Shown here piece by piece: positions 18,693 through 27,864 of a DNA stretch of 64,000 nt (position 1 is the first letter of the stretch; each line of letters starts with the position of its first letter). Origin of the DNA: Gemmatimonadota bacterium (GTDB lineage: Bacteria; Gemmatimonadota; Gemmatimonadetes; Palauibacterales; Palauibacteraceae); contig OY762926.1 of assembly GCA_963666735.1 (NCBI GenBank), positions 1,792,001 to 1,856,000 on the forward strand. The letters run 5' to 3'. The position numbers were made by a program, and so were the translations under genes. A model generated the notes under the pieces. It searched no databases. It was not told the origin of the DNA and worked only from the letters and a program-made list of their open reading frames with translations.

Positions 18693-18925
18693 TTCCGGTC
18701 GGCGTCTCGCGCCTGCAGGATGCTCTCGGTGGTCACGCGATTGTTCGACAGCCGCTTGCGGGAGTGAACGTCCGCCAGCCACTCGTGAACGGCGGGTTTC
18801 GCCACCAGCCGCTTGAGTTCGGCGCGCAGATACCGCTGCATCGACTGGCCGCGAGAGGCCGCGCGAACCTTCAGCCGGTCACGCACTTCCTCGGGGATGT
18901 CTCGGATGGTGATTTGAACGCCCAT
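18689..18925 (-). CDS. FitA-like ribbon-helix-helix antitoxin
   Basis: QITIRDIPEEVRDRLKVRAASRGQSMQRYLR RHH signature, directly upstream of the PIN toxin. Confidence 0.9.
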   Translation of the reverse strand: MGVQITIRDIPEEVRDRLKVRAASRGQSMQRYLRAELKRLVAKPAVHEWLADVHSRKRLSNNRVTTESILQARDADRK

Positions 18926-18960
18926 GACATCATTATGACATCAACAGCATCTTCTTGCAA
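18926..18960 (-). promoter_or_regulatory. Promoter/operator of the TA operon (probably leaderless)
   Basis: TTGCAA-N17-CATAAT, then 6 nt, then ATG; GATG(C/T) direct repeats overlap the -10 box. Confidence 0.65.
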
Positions 18961-19005
18961 GCAAACGCGTTCCCGCGGGAACGTCCCTCGGGCTCGCCGG
19001 ACGCC

Positions 19006-20385
19006 TCACGCGCCGAGCGCGGCGATCAGATCGGAGCGGGTGAGGATGCCGAACGTGCCGTCTTCCTCTCGCACGAGCACGGCGGGCTGCTCGCCGCGCA
19101 GTTGGCGCGCGAAGCCGTGGATGGGACTCGAGGCCTCGACCACCGGGAAGGGCGGCCCCATGAGATCCCGCACGAGGCGCCCGCGCGCGTCCGGGTCGCC
19201 CATGAGGGAGCGGAGGATGTCGAGTTCGGTGAGACTGCCGATGACCTCCTCCCCCTCCATCACCGGCACCTGGGAGATGCCGCGCTCCCGCATCGCCGCG
19301 ATCGCGTCGTCCAGCGACATGTCGGCCGGGGCCGAGACGAGCGCCTTACCGGTCGAACGGCGCCTGGCGAGCGCCCCCGCGGTGAGCGTCTCCGCCTCGT
19401 CGAGAAAGCCGTGCTCCTGCATCCAGACGTCGTTGTAGACCTTGCCCAGCGCGCGGTAGCCGCCGTCGGGCATAATCACAACCAGGACGGACTCGTCGTT
19501 GATCGCGTCCCGGTTCGCCTCCATCCACTGGAGGACGCCGGCCATCGCCATGCCGCACGAGCCGCCGAGGAACATCCCCTCCTCGCGCGCGAGACGGCGG
19601 GTCATGAGCATCGATTCCCTGTCCGTGACGCGCACGTAGTCGTCCACGATGTCGAAGTTCATGTTGCCCGCGAGGATGTCCTCCCCCACCCCTTCGGTGA
19701 CGTAGGGATAGATTTCGTCCTCGTCGAACTCCCCGGTGTGGAAATACTTCCAATAGACGGAGCCGTACGGGTCGACGCCGGTGATCCGGACCTCGGGGTT
19801 GCGCTCCTTGAGATAGGCGGCGGAGCCCGAGATCGTGCCGCCCGTGCCGGAGCCGACGAAGAGGTGCGTGATTCTCCCCTCCGTCCCCTCCCACAGCTCC
19901 GGACCCGTCGTCCGCAGGTGGGCGAGCGCGTTGGCCGGATTGTCGTACTGGTTCATGTAGAAGGAGTTGGGCGTCTCCTCCGCCAGCCGCCGCGAGACCT
20001 GGTAGTAGGAGCGCGGATCCTCGGGGGCGACCGCGGTGGGGCAGACAATGACTTCGGCGCCCAGCGCCCGCAGGATGGCGATCTTCTCGGGGCTCTGCTT
20101 GTCCGTCGTCGCGAAGATGCACCGGTAACCGCGCGCGATGGCGGCGAGCGCGAGGCCGACGCCGGTGTTCCCGCTCGTGCCCTCGACGATCGTGCCGCCG
20201 GGCCGGATCTCCCCCCGCGCCTCGGCATCATCGAGCATCGAGATCCCGATCCGGTCCTTGACGGAGCCGCCGGGGTTGAAGAACTCGAGCTTCGCGAGGA
20301 CGGTGCCGGGGAGGTGCGCGGCGAGGCGGTTCACGCGCACCAGGGGCGTGCCGCCGATCGTGCCCAGGATGTTCTCATGCCACAT
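19006..20385 (-). CDS. Cystathionine beta-synthase (PLP enzyme with C-terminal CBS domains)
   Basis: NPGGSVKDRIG, EGTSGNTG, GSGTGGTI, YVTEGVGED, CBS pair (ISQVPVM, GILTRSDLI). Confidence 0.92.
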   Translation of the reverse strand: MWHENILGTIGGTPLVRVNRLAAHLPGTVLAKLEFFNPGGSVKDRIGISMLDDAEARGEIRPGGTIVEGTSGNTGVGLALAAIARGYRCIFATTDKQSPEKIAILRALGAEVIVCPTAVAPEDPRSYYQVSRRLAEETPNSFYMNQYDNPANALAHLRTTGPELWEGTEGRITHLFVGSGTGGTISGSAAYLKERNPEVRITGVDPYGSVYWKYFHTGEFDEDEIYPYVTEGVGEDILAGNMNFDIVDDYVRVTDRESMLMTRRLAREEGMFLGGSCGMAMAGVLQWMEANRDAINDESVLVVIMPDGGYRALGKVYNDVWMQEHGFLDEAETLTAGALARRRSTGKALVSAPADMSLDDAIAAMRERGISQVPVMEGEEVIGSLTELDILRSLMGDPDARGRLVRDLMGPPFPVVEASSPIHGFARQLRGEQPAVLVREEDGTFGILTRSDLIAALGA

Positions 20386-20390
20386 GGTTG

Positions 20391-21518
20391 CTACCCGGTC
20401 AGGTTGAAGAGACGGCTGTACTTGACCACGAGCTGGCGCTGCTTCGGTCCCGCCATGATGCCCGTGCGCTCGAGCGACCCGGTGTGATTGGTGTCGTTCC
20501 ACACGATGTATAACCCCGTGCCGGCCGTATCGAGCCATGCGAGCCGGACGTTGGTCCCGGTGTAGAACCCTCCGAGTGCCCATCCGACGGACAGCGAGAG
20601 GGGGGCGCCGCGATTCGTGTTCGCCCTGAACTCCCAGTCGAGCGTCAGGCTCTGGTTGAGGCCGATCTTGGCGTCGCCCCCGATCTGCCGGCCGAAGGCC
20701 ACGTCCGACGGCGTGACGCCGTAATCCCTGAAGCCGTCCACGAGCGCGTACGGACTGACGGTGACGGTCCGCCGGGCCGGGGCCTCCAGGGTGAGGGTGC
20801 CGGCGAGCGAGATCCGGTACACGTCGAACTGTCTGGGCAGGGGCGCCCACATCGACTGCTCGCTGTTGCGCCGGATTCTCCGCTCGAAGTTCAGGCCCCA
20901 GTCCTGCGCTCCCCCGGCGCCGTAGCGGAGGGTCGAGAAGGGGATCCGCATCTCGGCGAACCAGACGCGCTCGTCCCGGGTCGTGGCGACCTCCCACGAG
21001 CCGTCCCAGTTGAGGTTGAAACCGCCCGCCGAACCGCGCTGCTGGCGGCCGCCGCCCCGGCCGCCGCCCACGCCCTCGCCGGTGACCTGGCCGTCGTATT
21101 CGATCCCCGCGGGCGTGGTGCCGAAGACGAAGGCGTTCTGCCGGTCCAGGTAGGTGTCGAGCACGACGACGAAGGCGTCCGAGTCGTTGAGCGAGGCGTC
21201 GCGCCGCGTCTGGCCCGTGACGATGCCCGAGGGGTCTTCATCGAAGAGCCACGCGCCGATGTACAGGGCGGCGTCGTCGTGGCCGACCCGGACCTCCGTC
21301 GGCTGCGACACCGGCTGCCCCTCCGACGGCTCGCGCTGGGTGAAGCCCTCGAGCGGCTCGAGACCTGACCACGCGTCGTCGTCGAGCCGCCCGTCGATCA
21401 CCGGAGGCGCCGCGACCCGGGCGGCGCGCGCGAGGGGGGATTGCTGAGCGTGGAGCAAGGCGGGCGCCACGAGAACGGCGAGCATGATACGAACGGCGCT
21501 GCCACGAATCGGGCGCAT
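20391..21518 (-). pseudogene. CBM9-like/DUF5916 outer-membrane protein with apparent large in-frame internal deletions (frame still open)
   Basis: Intact N-terminal PVIDGRLDD..W, LDTYLDRQNAFVF, EMRIPFSTLRY, WGLNFERR. After DAKIGLNQSLTLD the sequence jumps to late-barrel segments. About 375 aa, roughly half the usual family length as recalled. Confidence 0.6.
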
Positions 21519-21535
21519 GCGGACCCGTTCCCCTC

Positions 21536-22492
21536 TCAAGTGGCGGACCGCTGAGGAGACACGATCCCCCCGCGGATGGCGGCGATCGCGGGCGGGCCCA
21601 CGCGGCAGCACCCTCCGATGCCATCGGCTCCCGCGGCCCGCCATTCGACCGCGCGCCGCGCCCAGTCCAGGGGGTTCGCACCGCCGGTCCAGCGCTTCGC
21701 CTCCGCGTCCCAGACCTCCCCCGAGTTGGGGTAGACGAGGATCGGCTTCCCGGTCGCGCGGCGCGCCGCCCCGATGAGGGACACGGTGAGGGCCGGATCC
21801 GTGCAATTGACGCCGACCGCCACGACGTGCGGTTCCCCGTCGCACAGGGCGGCGGCGGTCTCCAGCGGCGTCCCGTCGGCGAGGTGCGCGCCGTCACGAC
21901 ACTGGAAGCTGATCCAGGTCGGAAAATGGGACACGGCCGTGAGCCGGCAGTAGGCGCGCGTCTCCTCCGCGGACGGGGTCGTCTCGCAGGCCATGAGGTC
22001 GGCCCCGGCCTCGGCCAGCACTTCCCAGCGCGGGGCGTGGAAGTCGTACAGGTCGGCCGCGGCGAGCCCGTAGTCGCCCCGGTACTCCGACCCGTCGGCG
22101 AGGAAGGCGCCGTAGGGGCCGACGCTCGCGGCGACGAGGGGTCGCGGACGGTCGGGCGGCTCCATGGCGCGGCCGGCCCGAAACTCGTCGCGCGCGGAGA
22201 GGGCGATCCGGACGGCCCGCCCGAGCAGGCGAGCCGTGTCGGCTGCGTCGAGCCCCCGGGCCGCGAAGCCCTCGAAGGTCGCCTGGTAGGTCGCGGTGGC
22301 GATGCAGTCGGCGCCCGCCTCGAGGAAGCGGCGGTGCGCGGTGCGGATCACGTCCGGCGCGTCGATGAGGGCGCGGGCGGACCACAGAGCGTCCTTGAGA
22401 TCGCAGCCGAGCGCCTCGAGTTCCGTCGCCAGGCCGCCATCGAGGACGATGAAGCCCTTCCGCTCGATAAAGTCGCGGACCGGATCGGTCAA
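21536..22492 (-). CDS. mmuM: Homocysteine S-methyltransferase
   Basis: LDGGLATELE, LWSA, ASVGPYGAFLADGSEYRG, GVNC, VYPNSGE, IGGCCRVGP zinc ligands. Confidence 0.93.
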   Translation of the reverse strand: MTDPVRDFIERKGFIVLDGGLATELEALGCDLKDALWSARALIDAPDVIRTAHRRFLEAGADCIATATYQATFEGFAARGLDAADTARLLGRAVRIALSARDEFRAGRAMEPPDRPRPLVAASVGPYGAFLADGSEYRGDYGLAAADLYDFHAPRWEVLAEAGADLMACETTPSAEETRAYCRLTAVSHFPTWISFQCRDGAHLADGTPLETAAALCDGEPHVVAVGVNCTDPALTVSLIGAARRATGKPILVYPNSGEVWDAEAKRWTGGANPLDWARRAVEWRAAGADGIGGCCRVGPPAIAAIRGGIVSPQRSAT

Positions 22493-23451
22493 AGCTGGTC
22501 CGGGTCGAGCATGATCGAGAACCCCTCGAACACGAACTCGACCCCGCCGTCCTGAAGCCGGTTGCCCAGGGCGATGCCCTCGAACATGGCGTCCAGGGCA
22601 TCGGTCAGCTCAAGCAGCCGGGAGGGCTGTGCGACCGGCGTGTTGTGGGCCGTGAACAGCATCGTCAGCTCGGGTACGAGCTCGGCGAGCCGGGCCATCG
22701 AACTCCGGTACGCCACCAGATCGGTCTCGGGCGCGAAGAGCCAGATCGGACCCTCGTAGAATGAATCCCCCGTCCACAGGAAGCCGGCTTCGCGGTCGAG
22801 GAGGGCGATCGCGTCGGGCGTGTGGCCGGGGACGGCGACGACTTCGAGCGTGCGTCCGCCCAGGTCGAGCCGGTGTCCATCGTCGATGAAGGCGGCGACC
22901 TCGAAGGCGGGCGTGTGGTAGTTGTCCTCCGTGATCCCCGCGGGCAGGGCCCGGCAGAGCGCGCTCGCGGCCACCTCTCCCCGCACCTCGCGGTTCGTGC
23001 GGCCGCGGGCGCGCGTGCGGGTGAACTCCGTGTCCATGGCGAGCACTCGTTCGAAGGCCGCGTTGCCACCGACGTGGTCCATGTGCGTGTGCGAGTTGAG
23101 GACGGCCACGGGCAGCGTCGTGAGTGCGTCCACGACGGCGCGGATGCGGCCGATCCCCATCCCCGTGTCGAACAGGACGGCGCCCGCGTCACCCAGGATC
23201 AGGTAGGAGATGACCTCCTGGAACTGGAACGGCTCGTAGATCGCGTACACGCGCGGCGCGGCGCGAAAGACTTCGAACCAGTCGTCCGCGGCCTCGGCGC
23301 GCTCCAGCTCGGCGTACTGCGAGCGGGGCACGTTCGAGCAGAACCCCGCCGTCGCCGCACGCGACTCGGCAGCGGATTCGCCGCCGGGCGCGCAGGCGAA
23401 GGCGCCTCCGGCCAGCGCCGCCGCCGCCAGCCGGAGAATCGCCGCACGCAC
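22489..23451 (-). CDS. Metallo-beta-lactamase-fold hydrolase (lipoprotein)
   Basis: SHTHMDHVGG (HxHxDH), PGHTPD, TGD; N-terminal lipobox AFAC. Confidence 0.9.
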   Translation of the reverse strand: MRAAILRLAAAALAGGAFACAPGGESAAESRAATAGFCSNVPRSQYAELERAEAADDWFEVFRAAPRVYAIYEPFQFQEVISYLILGDAGAVLFDTGMGIGRIRAVVDALTTLPVAVLNSHTHMDHVGGNAAFERVLAMDTEFTRTRARGRTNREVRGEVAASALCRALPAGITEDNYHTPAFEVAAFIDDGHRLDLGGRTLEVVAVPGHTPDAIALLDREAGFLWTGDSFYEGPIWLFAPETDLVAYRSSMARLAELVPELTMLFTAHNTPVAQPSRLLELTDALDAMFEGIALGNRLQDGGVEFVFEGFSIMLDPDQL

Positions 23452-23456
23452 GGTCG

Positions 23457-26400
23457 CTATCCGTCCTGGTCCGTCGTGATGACGCGCCCCACCCTCGCCT
23501 GGAGCATCTGGTTGAACTCCGCGAGTTCGCCGGCGAGGACCGCCTGCAGCCGCACCGCCACCTCGTCGATCCGGTCGCTGAGGATCTGCGCCACCTCGGC
23601 GTGCTGGTCCGTGGGCGGGAAGTCCGCCGTGCCGACCGTGCGCTGGAGGTAGGACAGGCGGCCGCCGATCATCGAGGGCCAGCGCACGCCGTCGGGCCCG
23701 GTGTTCTTCAGCTGCACGAGTTCACCCTCCACCTCGATGAGCGACGCGTCGAGCGCCTCTCCCGCCGCGAGGATATCCTCGGCGTCCCCGGCGTCTTCCA
23801 GCACGGGTCGCAGATCGTAAATCTGGCGGCGCAGCAGTTCGATCTGGTTGACGATGCCGGCGACCCGGTTCCGGTCCTCGACGATGTCGTCGAGCAGCGC
23901 CTTCTGGGCCAGGATGTCCGCCATCGAACCCTCGGCGTTCGGGTCGCGGAGGACCGTCAGCTCCTCGGACCCCACGTCCTCGCCGTCCACTACCAGAGTG
24001 ACCGTGTAGGTTCCCGGCGGCTGCCGAGGCCCGCCGCCGCCGCCGAAGAAGCCGCCCCCGACCTGGCGGGAGACCTCGGGCATCGGCATCCAGTCCGCGA
24101 ACTGCGGCTTCGTCCGGTACTCGACCGGCTTCGCGTCCGGCCCCCGGAAGTTCCACCACACGCGGTTGAACCCGTCGTGGGTCGACCCGTCCAGGGTGGC
24201 GAGCGTCTCGCCCTCCGCGTTCTCGACCCGGACCTTCACTTCGCGCCCCTCCCCGCCGCCGAGCCAGTAGTTGATCGACGCCCCGTTGGGCGGGTTCTCG
24301 CCCACGGACCAGTCCTCGTACATCACCTGGGGTTCGGAGATGTCGTTGAAGCGGTACGCGTCGCGCGGCGCGAACAGGTGCGCGCCGGAGGCCGCGACCT
24401 CCGGCGTGAGCTGCTGCACGGGGCTCAGGTCGTCGAGGATCCAGTAGCCGCGCCCGTACGTCCCCGCCACGAAGTCGTTGAAGTGCTCCTGGATGATGAG
24501 GCCGTAGTACGGCGTCGGCGGGAGGTTCGGCATGAAGAGCTGCCAACTCTCCCCGTCGTCGTAGCTGATGTAGACGTTCGTCTCCGTGCCGAGGTAGAGG
24601 AGACCCGGCCGCACCGGGTCCTCGAGCAGGTAGCGGGTGTAGTCGACCGGATAGTTGTCGACCCCGTTCGTGATCTGCGTCCACGTCTCCCCGAAGTCGT
24701 CCGTCCTGTAGGCGCGCGCGTCGAAGTCGCCGACCTGGTGGTGCTCGATCGTGATGTACGCCTTGGCGACGTCGAAGCGTGAAGCGTCGATGCTCCGCAC
24801 GATCCCGTCGGGCGGCAGGTTCGGGATGTTCCCGGTGACGTTGGTCCATGTCGCGCCGTCATCGCGGCTCACCTGCACGAGGCCGTCGTTCGTGCCGGCC
24901 CAGAAGACGCCCTGCTGGATGGGCGACTCGTCGAAGGCGTAGATCACGCAGCAGAACTCGACGCCGATGTTGTCGGGCGTGAGCCCGCCGGAGATCGTCA
25001 TCTTCGAGCGGTCGTTCGTCGACAGGTCCGGGCTGATGACCTCCCAGCTCTGGCCCCGGTTGCGCGTGCGGTGCACGTGCTGGCTCGTGACGTAGATCGT
25101 CTCGTTGTCGTGCGGCGAAATGAGGAGGGGGAAGGTCCACTGGAAGCGGTAGCGGATCTCCTCCGCGGGATACCCCATCGTGGACTCGGGCCACACTTCC
25201 ACATCGCGGAACTGGCCGCGCTCGCGGTCGTGCCGCACGACGATGCCGCCGACGGCGCCGGCCCCGGAGGCGCTCGACCACACGATGTTCGGGTCCGTCG
25301 GATCGGGGGTCGCGAAGCCGCTCTCGCCGCCGCCCACGGTCGTCCAGTCGCCGCGCGGGATGAGTCCGCGCGCCCAGAAGCCGGTGTAGCGGGTGTTCGA
25401 CGGCCCGTGGTAGGAGGGCCCGTCCTGCCGGTTCCCCATCACGTTATAGGGAATCTCGTTGTCCACCGTGACATGGTACATCTGCGCGATGGGAAGCTGC
25501 ATGCGGGACCAGGACCGCATCCGGTTCTCCGTGATCGCCACGCCGCTGTCGCCGCCGATGAAGACGCGGTCCGCGTTGGTCGGGTCGACCCAGATGTCGT
25601 GCAGATCCCACCCTGGAGCCGCCGGGTCGCCGCCGGGGGGGCCGCCGCCGAGGAAGTTGAACATCTCGTACGTCGCGCCCCCGTCACGGCTCACGCTGAA
25701 GCTCGAGGAGAGGAAGTAGAGCTCGTCGCGGTCATCGGAGGAGACGCCGCAGCGGGTGTAGTAGGCCTGCCGGGAGGCGAGGTTGTGGCTGTAGTTCACG
25801 AGGCGCCACGCGCGGCCGCCGTCGTCGCTGCTCCACAACTCGCCCGTGTCGGTTTCGTAGCCCTCCATCGGCACGCCGTCGCTCGTCTCGATGAGGGCGT
25901 AAACGCGGTCGGAATCCGAGTGGGACATGCAGACGGCGATCTTCCCGAGCGTCCCCGTGGGGAGTCCGTTTCCCTCGAGTTCGGTCCAGGTGTCGCCGCC
26001 GTCCATCGTGAGGTGGAGCCCGCTCCCCGGGCCTCCGCTGTCGCGCTTCCACGTCTTGAGATCGATGTCCCACATCGTGGCGAAGATCTTCCGCGGGTTC
26101 GCCGGGTCCATGACCATGTCGTAGGCACCCGTCCCGCGGTCCGCGAACAGGACCCTCTCCCACGAGGCGCCGCCGTCGGTGGTGCGGTACACGCCGCGCT
26201 CGTCGGACTCCGCGTAGGCGTGCCCGAGCGCCGCGACGTAGACGATGTCCGCGTCGCGGGGGTGGATCAGGATGCGGCCCACCCGGCCGGTGCCCTCGAG
26301 CCCCATGTGGGTCCAGCTCTCGCCGCCATCGGTCGACTTCCAGACTCCGTTGCCGATCGAGACGTTGGAGCGGATCGAGGTCTCGCCCGTCCCCGCCCAC

Positions 26401-26708
26401 ACCACCGCGTGGTCGCTCGGGGCCACGGCGAGGGCGCCGATCGAGTGTACGGGCTGGTCGTCGAACACGGGCCGCCAGTGCAGCCCGGCGTCGTCCGTCT
26501 TCCAGATGCCGCCGGTCGCGGCGCCGGCGAAGTACGTGTTGCGGTCGCCCGGCACGCCGGCCACCGAGGAGACGCGGTTGCCAACCGGTCCGATGTGGCG
26601 CGCCCGCAGCCCCTCGTACTGCTCGGGGACGAGCTGCTGCGCGTCCAGCGGCACGACGGCCGCGAGGGCGAGGGCGAGACTGCTGGAGAAGCGGCGAACG
26701 TTGGACAT
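23457..26708 (-). CDS. Secreted BNR/Asp-box (VPS10/sortilin-like, glycosyl-hydrolase-like) protein
   Basis: Many S/TxDGGxxW Asp-box repeats; signal peptide from ATG 26708; C-terminal PGTYTVTL and helical tail. Confidence 0.88.
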   Translation of the reverse strand: MSNVRRFSSSLALALAAVVPLDAQQLVPEQYEGLRARHIGPVGNRVSSVAGVPGDRNTYFAGAATGGIWKTDDAGLHWRPVFDDQPVHSIGALAVAPSDHAVVWAGTGETSIRSNVSIGNGVWKSTDGGESWTHMGLEGTGRVGRILIHPRDADIVYVAALGHAYAESDERGVYRTTDGGASWERVLFADRGTGAYDMVMDPANPRKIFATMWDIDLKTWKRDSGGPGSGLHLTMDGGDTWTELEGNGLPTGTLGKIAVCMSHSDSDRVYALIETSDGVPMEGYETDTGELWSSDDGGRAWRLVNYSHNLASRQAYYTRCGVSSDDRDELYFLSSSFSVSRDGGATYEMFNFLGGGPPGGDPAAPGWDLHDIWVDPTNADRVFIGGDSGVAITENRMRSWSRMQLPIAQMYHVTVDNEIPYNVMGNRQDGPSYHGPSNTRYTGFWARGLIPRGDWTTVGGGESGFATPDPTDPNIVWSSASGAGAVGGIVVRHDRERGQFRDVEVWPESTMGYPAEEIRYRFQWTFPLLISPHDNETIYVTSQHVHRTRNRGQSWEVISPDLSTNDRSKMTISGGLTPDNIGVEFCCVIYAFDESPIQQGVFWAGTNDGLVQVSRDDGATWTNVTGNIPNLPPDGIVRSIDASRFDVAKAYITIEHHQVGDFDARAYRTDDFGETWTQITNGVDNYPVDYTRYLLEDPVRPGLLYLGTETNVYISYDDGESWQLFMPNLPPTPYYGLIIQEHFNDFVAGTYGRGYWILDDLSPVQQLTPEVAASGAHLFAPRDAYRFNDISEPQVMYEDWSVGENPPNGASINYWLGGGEGREVKVRVENAEGETLATLDGSTHDGFNRVWWNFRGPDAKPVEYRTKPQFADWMPMPEVSRQVGGGFFGGGGGPRQPPGTYTVTLVVDGEDVGSEELTVLRDPNAEGSMADILAQKALLDDIVEDRNRVAGIVNQIELLRRQIYDLRPVLEDAGDAEDILAAGEALDASLIEVEGELVQLKNTGPDGVRWPSMIGGRLSYLQRTVGTADFPPTDQHAEVAQILSDRIDEVAVRLQAVLAGELAEFNQMLQARVGRVITTDQDG

Positions 26709-26811
26709 GGCTCTCTGCCTCGTGAAGCGGGTCATTTGAGCGAGGAAACGTGCGGAGAAGAAGGGGCGCGGACCAGAGCCCGGGTTTCTTGGTTCAGGCT
26801 CGACGCCAACG

Positions 26812-27678
26812 TCAATCAGGGTCGCGGACATCCCCGGATGCTTCGTCAACCGCAGCGTCCCCATCCGGGTTTGTGGCTGTTGAGAGCCCCTTCCAGAAAC
26901 CGGCACGGATCTGGCGTTTGGTGTTCTCGGGAAGTGGGTCTCCTAAACGGTTCGCGGCCTCCTTGATCAGCCATACATCGATTAACCGCGGGATTCGCGG
27001 CCGGTGTGCCAGGATTCCTGCAACCGCTTCCGCGTCGCGCGCACTTCGAATGGCCCAACCACATGCTTCGCCAAAACTGGTCGCTGTTGCGTCCGTAGCG
27101 ATGTTCACCGGTATGTGGCGGTGAGCCTCGTCGGCCTTCCCTGCGTGTCGTGAGATGAATCGAGTGCAATCGTTGCGCGATAACGTGATCAGGTCATCGA
27201 CTTCCCGAACGAGCGTCGCTGCCTGATTGGCTCTCCTCGGTAGGGGTTCTATCCCAAGGAGGACCACGGAGACCCCGAACTCTTGCGCCTCGACGACGCC
27301 TTCCCGCACGTCCTCATCTCCGCTCATCAGGTATGCCGTGCGTACAGCTCCGTTCCGGGACAGTACGATGAGGTCCCGCACGATGCGGGAGTCTACCCCT
27401 TTCTGACCGTGTTTCGTCAGGCGACCCAAGCGAAGCTTGACCCCCTGCTGTCCGCCGATGTGCAACTGGTCGTCGGTAGGAACGGCATCCGGTGCGGCAT
27501 CGTACCAGTAGGTTCTGAGATGCACCTGCTTCGCATGGCTATCGCAGCGTGTCCTCAAGAGCACGGTCGCCTTCTCGGGGTGGAGGATCAGGTCAGCTCG
27601 ACGGCTGGTACCGAAACATAGATCCCCGGCAGCTGCAAGAAGATACCCGGCGTCAATGAAGATCGCGTACCGGTCCAT
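26812..27678 (-). CDS. NYN-domain (LabA/DUF88, PIN-like) ribonuclease with C-terminal helical domain
   Basis: IFIDAGYL, RTYWYDA, QKGVDSRIVRDL, LMSGDEDVREGV, LVREVD acidic NYN motifs; AGGAGG RBS at 27688-27693; visibly more AT-rich codons than the flanks. Confidence 0.9.
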   Translation of the reverse strand: MDRYAIFIDAGYLLAAAGDLCFGTSRRADLILHPEKATVLLRTRCDSHAKQVHLRTYWYDAAPDAVPTDDQLHIGGQQGVKLRLGRLTKHGQKGVDSRIVRDLIVLSRNGAVRTAYLMSGDEDVREGVVEAQEFGVSVVLLGIEPLPRRANQAATLVREVDDLITLSRNDCTRFISRHAGKADEAHRHIPVNIATDATATSFGEACGWAIRSARDAEAVAGILAHRPRIPRLIDVWLIKEAANRLGDPLPENTKRQIRAGFWKGLSTATNPDGDAAVDEASGDVRDPD

Positions 27679-27704
27679 CCGATCGATCCCTCCTGCGAAA
27701 AGCG

Positions 27705-27739
27705 AAAAAAAACGGGCCCCCGCCAAAAGGCGGGGACCC
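27705..27739 (-). terminator. Intrinsic terminator immediately upstream of the NYN gene
   Basis: Minus strand GGGTCCCCGCC-TTTT-GGCGGGGGCCC (11-bp stem with one G-U), followed by G and T8. Confidence 0.85.
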
Positions 27740-27781
27740 CAAGATCAGGGCCGCAGAGGCCCCAGTCCAAAACAACTAGTG
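27705..27781 (-). ncRNA. Candidate ~75-nt small RNA / leader (two hairpins) preceding the NYN RNase
   Basis: Bounded by the predicted promoter and the terminator; hairpin GGGCC-TCTGC-GGCCC at 27748-27762. Confidence 0.45.
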
Positions 27782-27787
27782 GTAAGT

Positions 27788-27816
27788 ACGCTAATCGTGC
27801 GGCATGGGTTCCACAA
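27788..27816 (-). promoter_or_regulatory. Putative sigma70 promoter for the NYN leader
   Basis: TTGTGG-N17-TAGCGT; same TTG-N17-TAnnGT pattern as the tRNA and 6S-like promoters in this window. Confidence 0.55.
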
Positions 27817-27864
27817 GATCCCATTTCGGACCCGGGCTTACCTCGTCGCGAAGGCCCCGAAGCG

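Noticed and set aside
27588..27824. 78-aa ORF across the NYN leader as a protein antitoxin or leader peptide
   Set aside because: Starts upstream of the predicted promoter, runs through the terminator and overlaps NYN out of frame; no RBS or motifs.
26777..27838. 9-bp inverted repeat AGCCCGGGT/ACCCGGGCT flanking the NYN cassette as transposon ends
   Set aside because: The core is a self-palindromic CCCGGG, likely by chance; no target duplication or transposase.
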